From contig CM075988.1 in the NCBI GenBank assembly GCA_038087875.1, positions 8,496,001-8,560,000 of the forward strand: a stretch of 64,000 nucleotides of DNA. The letters run 5' to 3'. The notes below the pieces were generated by a model. The model made no database searches, was not told the DNA's origin, and was given only the letters and a program-made list of their open reading frames with translations. The translations under genes and the position numbers were made by a program. Positions 11,871 through 24,870 of this stretch are shown here, piece by piece. Source of the stretch: Malacoraja senta (taxonomy: Eukaryota). Numbering within the stretch: position 1 is the first letter of the stretch; each line of letters opens with the position of its first letter.

Positions 11871-12899
11871 AGTCTAATCAGATATATACCTTCAAATCCC
11901 ATTCGGATGTTTCAGATTTTGGATTCATTTTTCAGACAAAACTCTAGAAGTAGACCACTGTTGTGAAATTGACCATACGTCTATAAGAGCATCACTTAAC
12001 CCAGTTGGCTCAGTAATGTCCTTCAGGGAAGGGAATATGTGTCACCCACGCTTGGTTTGACCTAACTAAAGCCTCAGTTGTACCAGCAGTTCAAGGTGGT
12101 GGCCTACTCACAATGTAATGAGCAATCAATGCTGGCTTTGCCTGCGATGAATTATCCCAAGAGTTATTTTCAGTATCAGCGGATTTTGAATTCAGTATGT
12201 TGCCAATGGAGACAGAGAACTAACGTGGCACAACAGAAGACCTCCTTTTCTCCAGGGGAGAGATAAACAGGGGAGAGTGTAAGGAGGTAGACACAAAATG
12301 CTGGAGTAACTCAGTGGGTCAGGCAGCATCTCTGGGGAAAAGGAATAGGTGACGTTTTGGGTTGAGACCCTTCTTCAGACCCTTCTTCAGTTTGTGTCTA
12401 TCCTTCGTGTAAATCAGTATCTGCAGTCCTTTCCTGCATGAGAGTGTGAGGAGTCTCGGTTTGTTCACGTTAGCCATATCTAAAGCAATGCCAGTTCCCA
12501 AACCACGTGGTGTGGTGTCGAAGCATCTGGGGTGGGGGGGGGGGGGAGGGGCTGACGACCATCCCAGATGCTCTCATGCTCTCTGGTTAGAATATTGTTA
12601 ATGGCCTGACACTCCTTGTGTTGGTTAGGAGGGACAGCACGTCTTAGTCATGAATGTGCGTTTTCTGGATACGCTATTGTCAGTCAAAAACTGGAGTATT
12701 TTGCAGTATCAGATAGGTCATGTTTTGGTTGAAACATTAAATTGAACTCCTCTATGGTGTATATAAGAGAGCATGTGAAACTGTTCAGAAAAACTGCAGA
12801 ATGCGCTACTTATGAAACGATTAGTATTGATCCCTCAAGCAAAGTCACTAGATGTATTATCCAGCTATGCATTTCACTGCCAGATAACAATTCATTCAT

Positions 12900-13010
12900 C
12901 AAAGGGTTTTGCAGTCCACATTACAACTGTGACCACACTTCAAACATACCTCATTGGTGTAAACCACTGCAGTGCTGAAATGGTGCTATATAAATTCAAG
13001 CTCTTTCCTT
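12900..13010 (+). mobile_element. Ancient Deu-domain SINE (SacSINE1/AmnSINE1-like) 3' relic
   Basis: CATTACAACTGTGACCACACTTCAAA...CATTGG-TGTAAA...GCTATATAAAT. Similar relics are at about 10-140 (+), 4200-4510 (-) and 51230-51350 (-). Confidence 0.55.
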
Positions 13011-14571
13011 CAGAAGCCAAGAGATTCAGCGTGATGCCACTTGAGAGAGGCATCAGACTAATGATATCTATGGATCCATTCCCAACAGGAGTCATAACCT
13101 TCAACAGCAGAAAAGTAATTAAAAACACTAAAGTGAGACACTCATGAAAAATACTTGCATTTGTACCTCAAACCTCTTACAGACACAAGATGGTATAAAG
13201 GATTTGACAACCAATAAAGCAGTATTGTGCAGGAAAGGACTGCAGATGCTGGTTTAAACCGGAGGTAGACACAAAAAGCTGGAGTAACTCAGCAGGTCAG
13301 GCAGCATCTCTGGAGAAAAGACGTTTCCGGTCATAGGTTCATAAGTGATATGAGCAGAATTAGGCCATTCAGCCCATCAAGTCTACTCCGTCATTCAATC
13401 ATGGCTGATCTGTCTTTCCCTCTTAACCTCATTCTCCTGCCTTCTCCCGATACCCCCTGATACCCATCGAGGGTCGAGAACCTTCTTCAGACCAAGAGGT
13501 GACGTTTTAGGGTCGAGACCTTACTTCACTCTGTTGAATCCCGGGAAGTGAAGATGGATGTCACCCCCAGGATTGGTGATCACAGCAAAGCAATGAGAAA
13601 GTGATGGGTGCAGTATATTCTGTTCCCAGATGAGGGTACTTTCACCGTCAAAACTCTGTGTGCAGCTGGTTAAGCTCGTCCCAGCTCACAGTCTGAACAA
13701 GGACCCTACTGGTCAATTTCAGGAAACTCTTGCCAGAAATGGTCAATTTGGATTGTCAATAATCCACTCAGTTTGACATTTTTCTCTCAGTGTGGATGAG
13801 GCCTCATTATTGAAACAGCCCATTACTCAGCCGTCAATGCACATGGAACTTTCCTTGTCTAACAAATTGCCCATTTTATCCCACTCCCCAGGGAATCGCA
13901 TTGTTGTCTACAATTGAGTGGTGACAGGCCCAATCATTTAGCTTTCCTTTAAACGAATGGCTGTACATTAAAAACTTACCTCATTATGTGGAACTAACCG
14001 TGAAACAAGCTCGGAGGATTTAATGCAGGTGAAAGAGATTTAGAGCAAGGGGTGACACCCAATAGGCAAAAGGTTAAGGCAATGCTCATCTTCAAATACC
14101 ACACAAAATGATGCACAAACAACATTTGACTGCATTTAACTTTTGTCTGCAGTGCTGTAAAATGTCATACATTAAGTTTTAGCGTCAATGTTATGGATTT
14201 TTGCTGTATGATGTCTTGGTGTGAGTAGGCGATATGTGGGAGGTGGGAGGCAGGAGTGTGTGGCTCCCTGTAACCTCTGTCCCAGCCACTGTAAAAAAAC
14301 CCTTGCCGACAAGGATACAAACCAGCATCTATTTCACTGACTACAGCTAGTGTAATGAATCCCTTTAGACTCCTGAACATCACCAAAAACAAGTCCTTTT
14401 AATCCAAATGAATCTCTTATCCATTCTATTTAAGAGGAACAAACTGCATCCAAGTAATGATTTTAATGGTCTGGCCATCCCTTGGTGTTTCACGGTCACG
14501 AGGTGCATTGGAGGTGTAGTCCTTGTTATGATGCAGGAATTGTGAATACACAGCACAATCCCAAAGATTCT

Positions 14572-15105
14572 TGGGTGGCACGGTGGCGCAGCGGTAGAGT
14601 TGCTGCCTTGCAGGCTCTGAGATCTGGGTTCGATCCTGATTACAGTTGTTTGTCTGTATGGAGTTTGTATGTTCTCCCTGTGACCACATGGGTTTTCCCC
14701 GGGTGCTCCGGTTTCCTCCCACACTCCAAAGACATACAAGTTTGTAGGTTAATTGGCTTTGGTAAAATTGTAAATTGTCCCGAACGTGTAGGATAGTGAT
14801 AGTATATGGGGATTGCTGGTCGCCTAGACTCGGTGGGCTGAAGGGCCTGTTTAGAAACATGGAAAAATAGGTGCAGCAGTAGGCCATTCAGCCCTTCGAG
14901 CCAGCACTGCCATTCAATATGATCATGGCTGATCATCTAAATTCAGTACCCCGTTCCTGCTTTATCCCCATATCCCTTGATTCCTTTAGCCCTAACAGCT
15001 AAATCTTGAAAAGATCCAGTGAATTGGCCTCCACTGACTTCTGTGGCAGAGAATTCCAGATTCACAACTCTCTTCCGCACTGTATCTCTAAACTCAAACT
15101 AAACA
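14572..15105 (+). mobile_element. tRNA-derived SINE with an antisense CR1 3' fragment nested in its tail (about 14852-15072)
   Basis: A-box TGGCGCAGCGG and B-box GGTTCGATCC. The tail is split at GGGCCTGTT and resumes at TTCCGCACTGTATCTCTAAAC. Confidence 0.85.
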
Positions 15106-15802
15106 ACACATGATGATAGGAAGATAACTTTCTACATTGATGTTGATGAAGGGCAGAATCTTAACCAAGGCATTGGACAGGACCTTCATGCGTGTTAATG
15201 CATTTTCTCCTGCCTCATGCAAATTACTTTAAACAAGATAATACATAACCGCGGTCTTGAAACCCCTCATAAGTCTGTCGGATCCCATGACTTGGTTCAA
15301 TTTTTGACAGCTCAATAAAGGAGAAGTCAAAACCATTTTCTGTTTCTAGTTTGATATTAAAAATGAATAGGAGGCCATGTCATTTTTTCACTCGATTTCC
15401 CCCAGTGGGATGCAAGTTTTCCCTCCTCGTTTCAACTAAACCACTTATATCTTGAAGTTTATTCTTATGTTTTCTTCTTCCATGCTGCTTGAATGTCACT
15501 CTCTCAACAGGAGGGTGGGTCAACGTGGCTGGAATGAATGCTTTTCTGACGTTCCATTATGGAAGCAGCTGGCATCCCGCTGCTGTTGATTTATCCTCTC
15601 CTCCGCCTGCCATTCACACCCTGCTTCCAAGTGATACTTTGTTTGTTATTTGTGAAATTAAATAAAGGCTAATCCTGCCCTAATGTGTGGAAAGCTTTTC
15701 TAACAGTGCTGGAGAGGTGGGGGGTTTTTAGGGGGGGGGGGGGTGGGAAGAATGGGGCAGCGCACCTAACCCCTAAAAATGGGTACTGAAAATCCCCCCC
15801 AC

Positions 15803-15887
15803 CTGTGCCAAGTGCAAGAATAGCCACAAGTTGGAAACACAAAATGAGCCCATTAACCTCTGGATTAAACCCAACTGCATCCGCCAT
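15803..15887 (-). CDS. ROBO3: Candidate alternative first coding exon of ROBO3 encoding a signal peptide
   Basis: The ATG is in strong Kozak context (ataATGG), with an in-frame upstream ATG at 15899. It encodes MADAVGFNPEVNGLILCFQLVAILALGT-G and ends CAG|GTGGGG in phase 1, like the upstream exon. It lies in non-repetitive sequence on the same strand within intron 1. Confidence 0.55.
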
Positions 15888-16149
15888 TATGACCACCATG
15901 GAACGGGCAGGACTGTAATTTAATTTGACTGCTCATTGAAGAATTTTAATTATGGTTTGGGCATCTAACCTAGGAAAGATTCTGCCCCTGTGTGAATGCC
16001 AATGTTCTGACATTATAAATACTGCCCTTTTTAAAAAAATCTTTTGGGTGCATTCACAGTAGTTGTCTTGTTGCAGTTGGAGGAAGTTTTGAGAGGATTA
16101 CTGCTAAACTGCTTTACGTTTGGGTCAGAACTTTTGGTCATTGCAGATC

Positions 16150-18780
16150 ATTAGCTGCATTAAGTGTAGCTCATTCAATAAATACTATGGAGACTCGGGT
16201 GGAATCAACTGGGAAAGCACTGGAGCCATGGATTTAGCAGCAACCTGTAGCTGTTGAACAGACAAGGCACGGATGGATACAGCTGACAAAATGCAGGGCC
16301 TGCACAAAGGGTATGCAGCCTCCTCAATTTGCTGGGACATCTTTGACTCTATCTGCTCCAGGACATTCTGACGTGCATGTAAGTGATTGGAGTTGTGAGC
16401 TAGAATAAGATCTACTGCCTGTGAACACATTTTGCTTGGAGACATGAAATTAGAGAGATAAAGAATGGAAAGGATGGCTTCAGCCCACCAAGTCCACTGC
16501 AACTATCAAGCTTTAAGTGAATCTAATCCAACTCATTTTATTCTCCCCACATTCCATCAACTATCCCAACCATCACCACCCCAACTCCTCCCCCCCACCC
16601 CCCCCCTCCACCCACCCCACCTTCGGTCACTCATCTACACAATTTACAGTGGCCCTTTAATCTTCCAACCCATGCACTTTTGGGATGTGAAAGGGAAAGA
16701 TAGATCAGCCATGATCAAAATGTGGAGTATACTCAATGGTCTAATTCTGCTCCTATGACCTACTGTATGAAACCACTTCACCTGGAATAAATTCATACGG
16801 TCACAGAGAGACGTGCACACTCTTCGCACCATAGCACTGAAGGTTGGGATTGAACTTGGGACAGCAGCTCCAAGAGCAGCAGCACAATGTGACCATCATC
16901 CTCAGCTGCCCCGCTTCAGGATCAGTGCAGGACTCTTCAGGTGAGATCAGTAGGAATTCCCATTTGGGGATGCACGTGTATATGTTGGAGGTAGCTTATT
17001 GTGTGGGCTTCTTCATCAGCTTCACCTCAGATGGCGAGGCCACTGGAACCGTTGTTCTGGCTGAATACCCACAGGGATGTGGTGCGAGATCAGATCAGAT
17101 ACTCAGACTTGGGTAGTCCAAGCATCACACAGACATAGACCAGCACAGGAGCATGCCCTCTATGCCAAACATGATGCCAAGTTACACGAATCTCCTTTAC
17201 ATGCATGCGATCCATGTCCCTCCCTGCCATGCTTGCAATGATGCTGACCAAGCTATTTCAGCCTGAAATGGTTTGGTCAACCATCACCACATTGTGCACC
17301 ATTGTTCCACAGTCTCTTTGTTCCATGTCTTGAAAATCACACAACAGTCAAAAATAGGATTGTCACCAGCCAGAAAATGATCCTGAACAATTAAGTTTGC
17401 TTGTGCCAACACAGAAGTTACAATTTCAGAGTAATGCCTGTGGGAGCTTCCCCATGGTCTGTGTCTCTGCACGTATCCTGGGCAGGAACAAGGACGTCAA
17501 CACAAAGGCTTGCACCATCATGGACCTCTTGCTCGAGGTGAACTTGTCCGCTTTCTCTGCAAGAGCGCACAGTCCAGATGGAGTCTTTGCCAGCACACAT
17601 TCTTCCTTGCTACCTTGGAAGAGACTGGTCGGTCTGGAGGGACAACCTTCATGCCCAGCCGAGCAGGGCTTGGAGGGTCCCATGCCCTATGGCACTGGCC
17701 TTGGAATGATGCCCCTGCTTCCACCACCTGCTCCTGCTCACTGGTGATGTGCAAGGCACTAGTGAAAACCCGTCTATCCATCTTACCAGTCCTACCAAGA
17801 TGTGAGGGTCAGTTCTGAAGTACTTTCAGTGAGAGACCTCTGAGGTCCTCCTGCTGTGCAGTGTTAGAGGTTGAGAAGGCCCTATGTGAGATTGAATACG
17901 AATTAGATCGTACAAGATTAAAATGTTTATGCTTTGAACCATGTGCGTGATTAGTGATCAATTGACCTGGCAACTAATCCAGACAAGTAGAGGCAAAGTT
18001 TGAGATGAGGCTGGATTCTATCTGTTGATCTGATTCCCACCTCTTCGTCACTAACGGCCATGCATTCTGGCATCCAGGTTCGCTCCAAAGCCACCTCCTG
18101 AATGATCACAACTGTCTGACTTCGGAAAGGAACGGCAATGGCTGTCTGCCTCAACTAGGAGATCTGCAATCACGTGTTGGTGCTGCAGGAAAGAAAGGAA
18201 AAGATTAATGAGTCTAATGACTTATTCGCATGGATGGATGGAAGTAGAACATTTATTGATTGTGGTGATGAGAGAGAGAAGCGTGACAGTGCATAAAGAT
18301 GAAGTTGAATGTCAGTGGTGCTGCAGAGATGAGAACGTGAGTAATTGCATAAATGGGGAGGTGTGTACCTGGATGATGAGGGGGTGCGGGGATTGATGGG
18401 TTGATAGAGCGAGAGTGAGAGGGTTGGAACAATATACACAATTTGTCATTGTACTCACCTCTCCTGATGTGATAAGGTAATTAAACAGCTGGCGACATTG
18501 GATCCGGGGGGTAGAGCCCACGAGCCTGCTACTGACGCCAGTGGTCAGCTTCACATCCGTGGTCTGGCTTTCAGTTTCTTCCTTTCGTCAGCGGGAACGA
18601 TAATGTCCCTGCAGGTCCTCAGAGCACCCAGCATAACACCCAGCCAGGCATCATGGTGACTGGGGGCAGTCTTGCCACATTCACTGCCTATTTTGCTCTC
18701 CGTTTGCAAGGAGCAGGGTCGGAGCTAATAGCAACACCAACAACTTTGGGAAGAAAGACACAATATCCTCCCTGGCGTTC
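16150..18780 (-). mobile_element. Decayed Harbinger-like element relic with Myb/SANT-like gene remnants
   Basis: The minus strand at about 18450-18600 reads SQTTDVKLTTGVSSRLVGSTPRIQCRQLFNYLITSGE followed by GTGAGT, resembling the 'QCRKRFNDL' trihelix/SANT motif. A helical low-complexity ORF lies at 16185-16502. SINE and LINE fragments interrupt it, and the boundaries are uncertain. Confidence 0.4.
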
Positions 18781-19125
18781 ATAAGTTGCAGGAGCAGAAT
18801 GAGGCCATTCAGCCCATCAAGTCCACTCCGCCATTCAATCATGGCTGATCTATCTTTGCCTCTCAACCCCCCAACAATTGTACTAATCAAGAATCTATCA
18901 ATTTCTACCTTAAAAATATCCATTGGCCTCCACAGTGGTAATAAATTCCACCAATTCACTACCCTCTGACTAAAGAATTCCCTCCTCATCGCCTTCCTAA
19001 AGGAATGTCCTTTAAAGCTGAGGCCAGGGCCTCTAGTCCTAGACTCTCCCACTAGTGGAAACATCTTCTCCACATCTACTCTATCCAGGCCTTTCACTTT
19101 TCAGTAAGATTCAATGAGGTCCCAC
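18778..19125 (-). mobile_element. CR1 LINE 3' fragment
   Basis: MKGLDRVDVEKMFPLVGESRTRG...FFSQRVVN. Confidence 0.88.
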
Positions 19126-19675
19126 CCTGGAAAGAGCCAAATGTTTTTTTTTAACAACCTGGTAGTTTCAAGATCATCGTTAAAATTATTTGAAGTGTTC
19201 CTTACTGCCATGGTGTGATTGGACTCAGATTCCCAACAGGCCTCAGTCCCAGTAACGTAACAAATTGGTATCCTCAGTCTGATGGGTCTTGTCAAAGAAC
19301 CTCTTGATTTAAATCAGTCCCAATTAATGTGCTGCTGAAAATACTGCTTTATTTGAAAAGTCCTTCATGTTCTGAATGAACCATGAAAGATTTCTAGGGT
19401 GCTCGGCAGGGTAGATGCGGAGTTGATGTTTCCCTTGGCTGGAGTGTCGACAATCAGCAGTCACTGCAAGGGATAAGCCAAGTAGTGCAGGGTGGAGAAG
19501 ACCTATCTTCACCCAGAGAGTTTTGAAGACTCAGGAGAGCAATTTACAACATGGTTGGGTATCTGCCAAAGATATAATTGTCCTTGAACAGCCTGGTTTA
19601 AATGGATGTTGGTTCTGGAGCAAGTCTCATACTATAGCTGGGGTACAATCTGGTCCCAAACCTCCTGATATACTA

Positions 19676-19846
19676 GGTGACACAGTGGTGGATTGGTAAA
19701 GTTGCTGCCTTACAGCACCAGAGACCTGGGTTTGATCCCGACTATGTGTGATGTCCGTATGGAGTTTATACTCTCTCCCTGTGATCGTGTGGGTTTTTTC
19801 CAGGTGCTTTGGTCTCCTACGATGTGCTCCAAAGATGTACAGGTTC
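19676..19846 (+). mobile_element. tRNA-derived SINE 5' half (3' half at about 22900-22960), split by the CR1 insertion
   Basis: The SINE runs to ...GTACAGGTTC and continues TTCATTGGCTTTGGTAA...CTCTAAAC after the LINE. Confidence 0.8.
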
Positions 19847-22800
19847 ATAACCATATAACCATATAACCACTACAGCACGGAAACAGGCCATCTCGCCCCT
19901 TCAAGTCCGTGCGGAACATTTTTTTAAATTTTAAAAAAATAAATAAATACTTCCCCCTAGTCCCATCTACCTGCACTCAGACCATAACCCTCCATTCCTT
20001 TCCTGTCCATATACCCATCCAATCTATTTTTAAAGGATAAAATCGAACCAGCCTCCACCACTTCCACTGGAAGCTCATTCCACACAGCTACCACTCTCCG
20101 AGTAAAGAAGTTCCCCCTAATGTTACCCCTAAACTTCTGTCCTTTAATTCTCAAGTCATGTCCCCTTGTTTGAATCTTCCCAACTCTCAATGGAAAAAGC
20201 TTATCCATGTCAACTCTGTCTAACCCGCTCATAATTTTAAAGACCTCTATCAAGTCCCCTCTTAACCTTCTGCGCTCCAAAGAATAAAGACCTAACTTGT
20301 TCAACCTTTCTCTGTAACTTAGTTGCTGAAACCCAGGCAACATTCTAGTAAATCTCCTCTGTACTCTCTCTATTTTGTTGACATCCTTCCTATAATTAGG
20401 CGACCAAAATTGTACTCCATACTCCAGAATTGGCCTCACCAATGCCTTGTACAATTTTAACATTACATCCCAACTTCTATATTCAATGCTCTGATTTTTA
20501 AAGGCCAGCACACCAAAAGCTTTCTTTACCACCCTATCTACATGAGATTCCACCTTCAGGGGACTATGCACAGTTATTCCTAGATCCCTCTGTTCAACTG
20601 CATTTCTCAATTCTCTACCATTTACCATGTACGTCCTATTTTGATTTGTCCTGCCGAGATGTAGTACCTCACATTTATCAGCATTAAACTCCATCTGCCA
20701 TCTTTCAGCCCACTCTTCCAAATGGCCTAAATCTCTCTGTAGACTTTGAAAATCTACTTCATTATCCACCACACCACCTATCTTAGTATCATCTGCATAC
20801 TTACTAATCCAATTTTCCACACCATCATCCAGATCATTGATGTACATGACAAACAACAGTGGACCCAACACAGACCCCTGAGGCACCCCACTAGTCACCA
20901 GCCTCCAACCTGACAAACAGCCATCCACCATTACTCTCTGGCATCTCCCATTCATCCATCTTGCTACTCCATCATTAATACCCAACAATTTAATCTTCTT
21001 AACCAACCTTCCATGAGGAACCTTGTCAAAGGCCTTACTGAAGTCCATATAGACAACATCCACTGCTTTACCCTCATCAATTTCCCTAGTAACCTCTTCG
21101 AAAAATTCTAGAAGATTAGTCAAACATGACCTTCCAGGCACAAATCCATGTTGACTGTTCCTAATCAGACCCTGCTTATCCAGATGCTTATATATATTAT
21201 CTTTAAGTATCCTTTCCATTAATTTGCCCACCACTGACGTCAAACTAACAGGTCTATAATTGCTAGGTTTACTCTTGGAACCCTTTTTAAACAACGGAAC
21301 AACATGCGCAGTACGCCAATCCTCCGGCACTATTCCCGTTTCTAATGACATTTGAAATATTTCTGTCATAGCCCCTGCTATTTCTACACTAACTTCCCTC
21401 AATGTCCTCGGGAATATCCTGTCAGGACCTGGAGACTTACCGTTTTCATATTTTTCAAAAGTGTCCGCACCTCCTCTTCTTTGAATCTCATAGTTTCCTT
21501 TGCTACTCTGCTTGTTTCCCTTACCTCACATAATTCCATATCCTTCTCCTTGGTGAATACCGAAGAAAAGAAATTGTTCAGTATCTCCCCCATCTCTTTT
21601 GGCACTGCAGATAGCTGTCCACTCTGACTCTCTAATGGACCAATTTTATTCCTTGTTATCCTTTTGCTATTAATATAGCTGTAGAAACCCTTTGGATTTA
21701 CTTTCACCTTACTTGCCAAAGCAACCTCATATCTTCTTTTAGCTTTTCTAATTTCTTTCTTAATATTCTTTTTACATTCTTTATACTCCTCAAGCACCTC
21801 ATTTACTCCATGCTGCCTATAATTATTGTAGATCTCTCTCTTTTTCCGAACCAAGTGTCCAATTTCCCTTGAACACCATGGCTCTTTCCAATTTTTACTA
21901 TTTCCTTTCAACCGAACAGGGACATAAAGATTCTGTACTCTTAAAATTTCACCTTTAAATGTCCTCTATTTCTCTTCTACATCCTTCCCATAAAACAACA
22001 TGTCCCAATTCACTCCTTTTAAATCCTTTCGCATCTCCTCAAAGTTAGCCTTTCTCCAATCAAAAATCTCAACCCTAGGTCCAGTTCTGACCCTCTCCAT
22101 AATTATATGGAAATTAATGGTATTGTGATCACTGGACCCGAAGTGCTCCCCAACGCTTACCTCCGCCACCTGCCCTGTCTCATTTCCTAACAGGAGGTCC
22201 AGCACTGCCACTTCTCTAGTAGGCACCTCTATGTATTGCTGTAAAAAACTATCCTGCACACATTTTACAAACTCCAAACCATCCAGCCCTTTTACAGAAT
22301 GTGTTTCCCAGTCTATGTGTGGAAAATTGAAATCTCCCACAATCACTACCTTGTGCTTACTACTAATATCTGCTATCTCCTTACATATTTGCTCTTCCAA
22401 TTCTCGCTCCCCATTTGACGGTCTATAATACACCCCTATAAGTGTTGCTACATCTTTCCCATTTCTCAGCTCCACCCAAATAGCCTCCCTAGACGAGCCC
22501 TCTAATCTATCCTGCCAAAGCACTGCTGTAATATCTTCCTTGACAAGCAATGCAACACCCCCACCTCTTGCCCCTCCAATTCTATCACCCCTGAAGCAAC
22601 GAAATCCTGGAATATTTAGTTTCCAATCACAGCCCTCCTGCAACCATGTTTCACTGATCGCCACAACATCATACTTCCAGGTGTCAATCCAGACTCTAAG
22701 CTCATCCACCTTTCATGCTCATGCTCCTAGCATTAAAATATACATATTTAAGAAACCCACCACCACTTATTCTCTGTTTATTATCTTTTTCTTCTTTCTC

Positions 22801-22900
22801 CCCTACATTTTGGGTCCGAGTGCTTCCCTTCTCTGCCTCCTGCCTCCCACATTTTCTACCATCTTTCTCTATTTGAGTCCTTCCCCCCAACCGTTCTAGT
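19847..22900 (-). mobile_element. CR1-clade LINE (HER1-like), near-complete ORF2, disabled
   Basis: APE endonuclease (ISETWL, GDFNFP, SDHN) at 21966-22760, linker at 21399-21911, and RT (NYRPVSLTS, GVPQGSVLGPLLF, YADD) at 19957-21402. Lesions: frameshifts near 22715 and 21440, and an in-frame TAG at 21966-21968. The 3' tail is a short ATAACCAT repeat at about 19847-19870. Confidence 0.95.
19957..21402 (-). pseudogene. CR1 reverse transcriptase reading frame (481 aa open segment of ORF2)
   Basis: The ORF track shows RT motifs QHGF, DFSKAFDKV, PQGSVLGP and KYADD, plus the CR1 C-terminal LERRRLRGDLIEVFKI. Confidence 0.93.
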
Positions 22901-23799
22901 TTCATTGGCTTTGGTAAGTTGTCAAAAGGCCTGTTTCTGCGCTATATCTCTAAACTCTAAAGGTGATGTCAGCCATTATTTGATATCATGTTGGATGGAA
23001 AATTGTGAGCTCTCCCAATTTAGGCACAAGATTTGAATGTGAGAAATTAGCAAGGTAGATCCGGCTGAGAAAGATTTTGCCCAGATCCGGTGCCTTAGTT
23101 AATACCAGATGGTCTGTCTAATTTAATGGCCTTAACCTCATGATTATGACACAACTGAATGGCTTGCTCGGCCACACCATGCAAAAGCGAGCCACGTTGC
23201 TGTGTTTAAATTCAGAATTAGGCAAGATTGAGGAAAGGTCAGAGATTTACTTCCCCGTTGGTGAATCAGGTAAGTTTGGACAATAGAGTACTCAGCATCA
23301 TCATTACTTAGATTAGTTGATCTTTTTGTAACGGCAGGATATAAATCCCACGGTTGCCTCAGTGGACGTTGAGTGTCTATGGTTGTGTCTGTTTAACTCG
23401 TCTCGTAAACTAACCACCATCTTGAGGAAGTGACGGGGTGGTGGTGGTGGTGGAGGTAGACATGACAGTGTCATTTAAGAAGCTTTTGGATAGGCACATG
23501 GATATGCAGAGAATGGGGGGAAATATGGATCTTGTGCAGGCAGAGGGGCTAGTTTAACTTGGCATTGTGTTTGGTGCGGACAATGTGGGCCAAAGTGTCT
23601 GTTCCTGTGCTGTGCTGTTCGACTTTCTATGTCCAAAGTCTGCATGGCTGTTCACTGTCTGACACTGCACTGAAGATGGAGTACCTTCCACTTAACACAG
23701 GTTTGCACTCCCAGCTGAGTGGAGATATGATGAGAGCTGATGTACCAGGACAATAGCGGACAGCGTGAATGGTCTACTGAAGATCAGACTTCTGTTCAG

Positions 23800-24075
23800 A
23801 GATACAGCACTGAAACAGGATCTTCAGCCCAACGAGACCGCACTGACCATCGATCCCCGTATACTAGCACTATCCAACACACCAGGGGCAATTTGCCATT
23901 TTCACTGGAGCCAATTAACCTACAAATCTGTACATCTTTGGAGTATAGGAGGAAACCAGAGCATCCACAGACAACCCACATGGTCACAGGGAGAACTTAA
24001 ACTCCGTATGGACAGCAGCCGTGGTCGGGATTGAACTCGGGTCTCTGGCGCAGGGAGGCAGCAACTCTACTCACC
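23800..24075 (-). mobile_element. tRNA-derived SINE
   Basis: Reverse complement of the same SINE consensus. Confidence 0.82.
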
Positions 24076-24399
24076 TGTATCAGTCTGGGAGGGTTAGGAC
24101 TAACTTTGCATAGTGATGGCAACATCCAGGATAGTGGATGAGCAGCCAAGAGATGGCTCGCTGTAAATGGCTCTATTGGAATCATGTTTTATCTTTCTGC
24201 CGACTGATTAGCACGCAACAAAAGATTTTCACTGTACCTCGGTACACATGACAATAAATTAAACTAAAATGAAAGGAGACCCAGAGCCTGATGAGGCAGG
24301 GCCTGGAGAGCAATTATATGGGGAAAGTCCTGCAACTTCCACAGCCTCGCCTCTCAGCTGACCAGCAGAGACAAGCCTTGTCCACAAGCCTGGCACAGG

Positions 24400-24870
24400 A
24401 GAGAGTCCAGAGGAGGTTTACAAGAATGATCCCAGGAATGAATGGGTTAACATGATGAGCATTTAACGGCACTCAGCCTGTACTCGCTGGAGTTTAGAAG
24501 AATGAGGGGGGACCTCATTGAAACGTACCAAATCGTGAAAGACAGACAGAGTTGATGTGGAGAGGATGTTTCCACTAGTGGGAGAGACTTGGACTAGAGG
24601 TCATAGCCTCAGAATTAAAGGACGTTCGTTAAGGAAGGAGATGAGTGAGAGAGTGGTGAATCTGTGGAATTTGCCACAGAAGGCTGTGGAGGCCAAGCCA
24701 GTGGACATTTTTAAGGCAGAGATAGATAGATTCTTGATTAGTACAGGTGTCAGGGGTTATGGGGAGAAGGCAGGAGTATGGGGTTAGGAGGGAGAGATAG
24801 ATCAGCCTCTGGTGGAGTGACTTAATGGGCCGAATGGCCTAATTCTGCTATTAATTATGACATTAAGACA
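24400..24870 (+). mobile_element. CR1 LINE 3' fragment
   Basis: RRFTRMIPG / LYSLEFRRMRGDLIE remnants, MFPLVGETWTRGHSLRIKG, and the 3' UTR. Confidence 0.88.

Noticed and set aside
12060..12110. Possible ROBO exon 2 (minus-strand TGGTAC, 'WY')
   Set aside because: The frame stops immediately (WYN-stop) and has no Ig-domain context.
14572..14645. tRNA gene
   Set aside because: The A and B boxes belong to a SINE head followed by the SINE core; no complete cloverleaf is evident.
18312..18600. MSANTD2 (a neighbour of ROBO3 in mammals)
   Set aside because: The remnant is degenerate and intronic, with no recognisable MSANTD2 sequence. A transposon relic is the better explanation.
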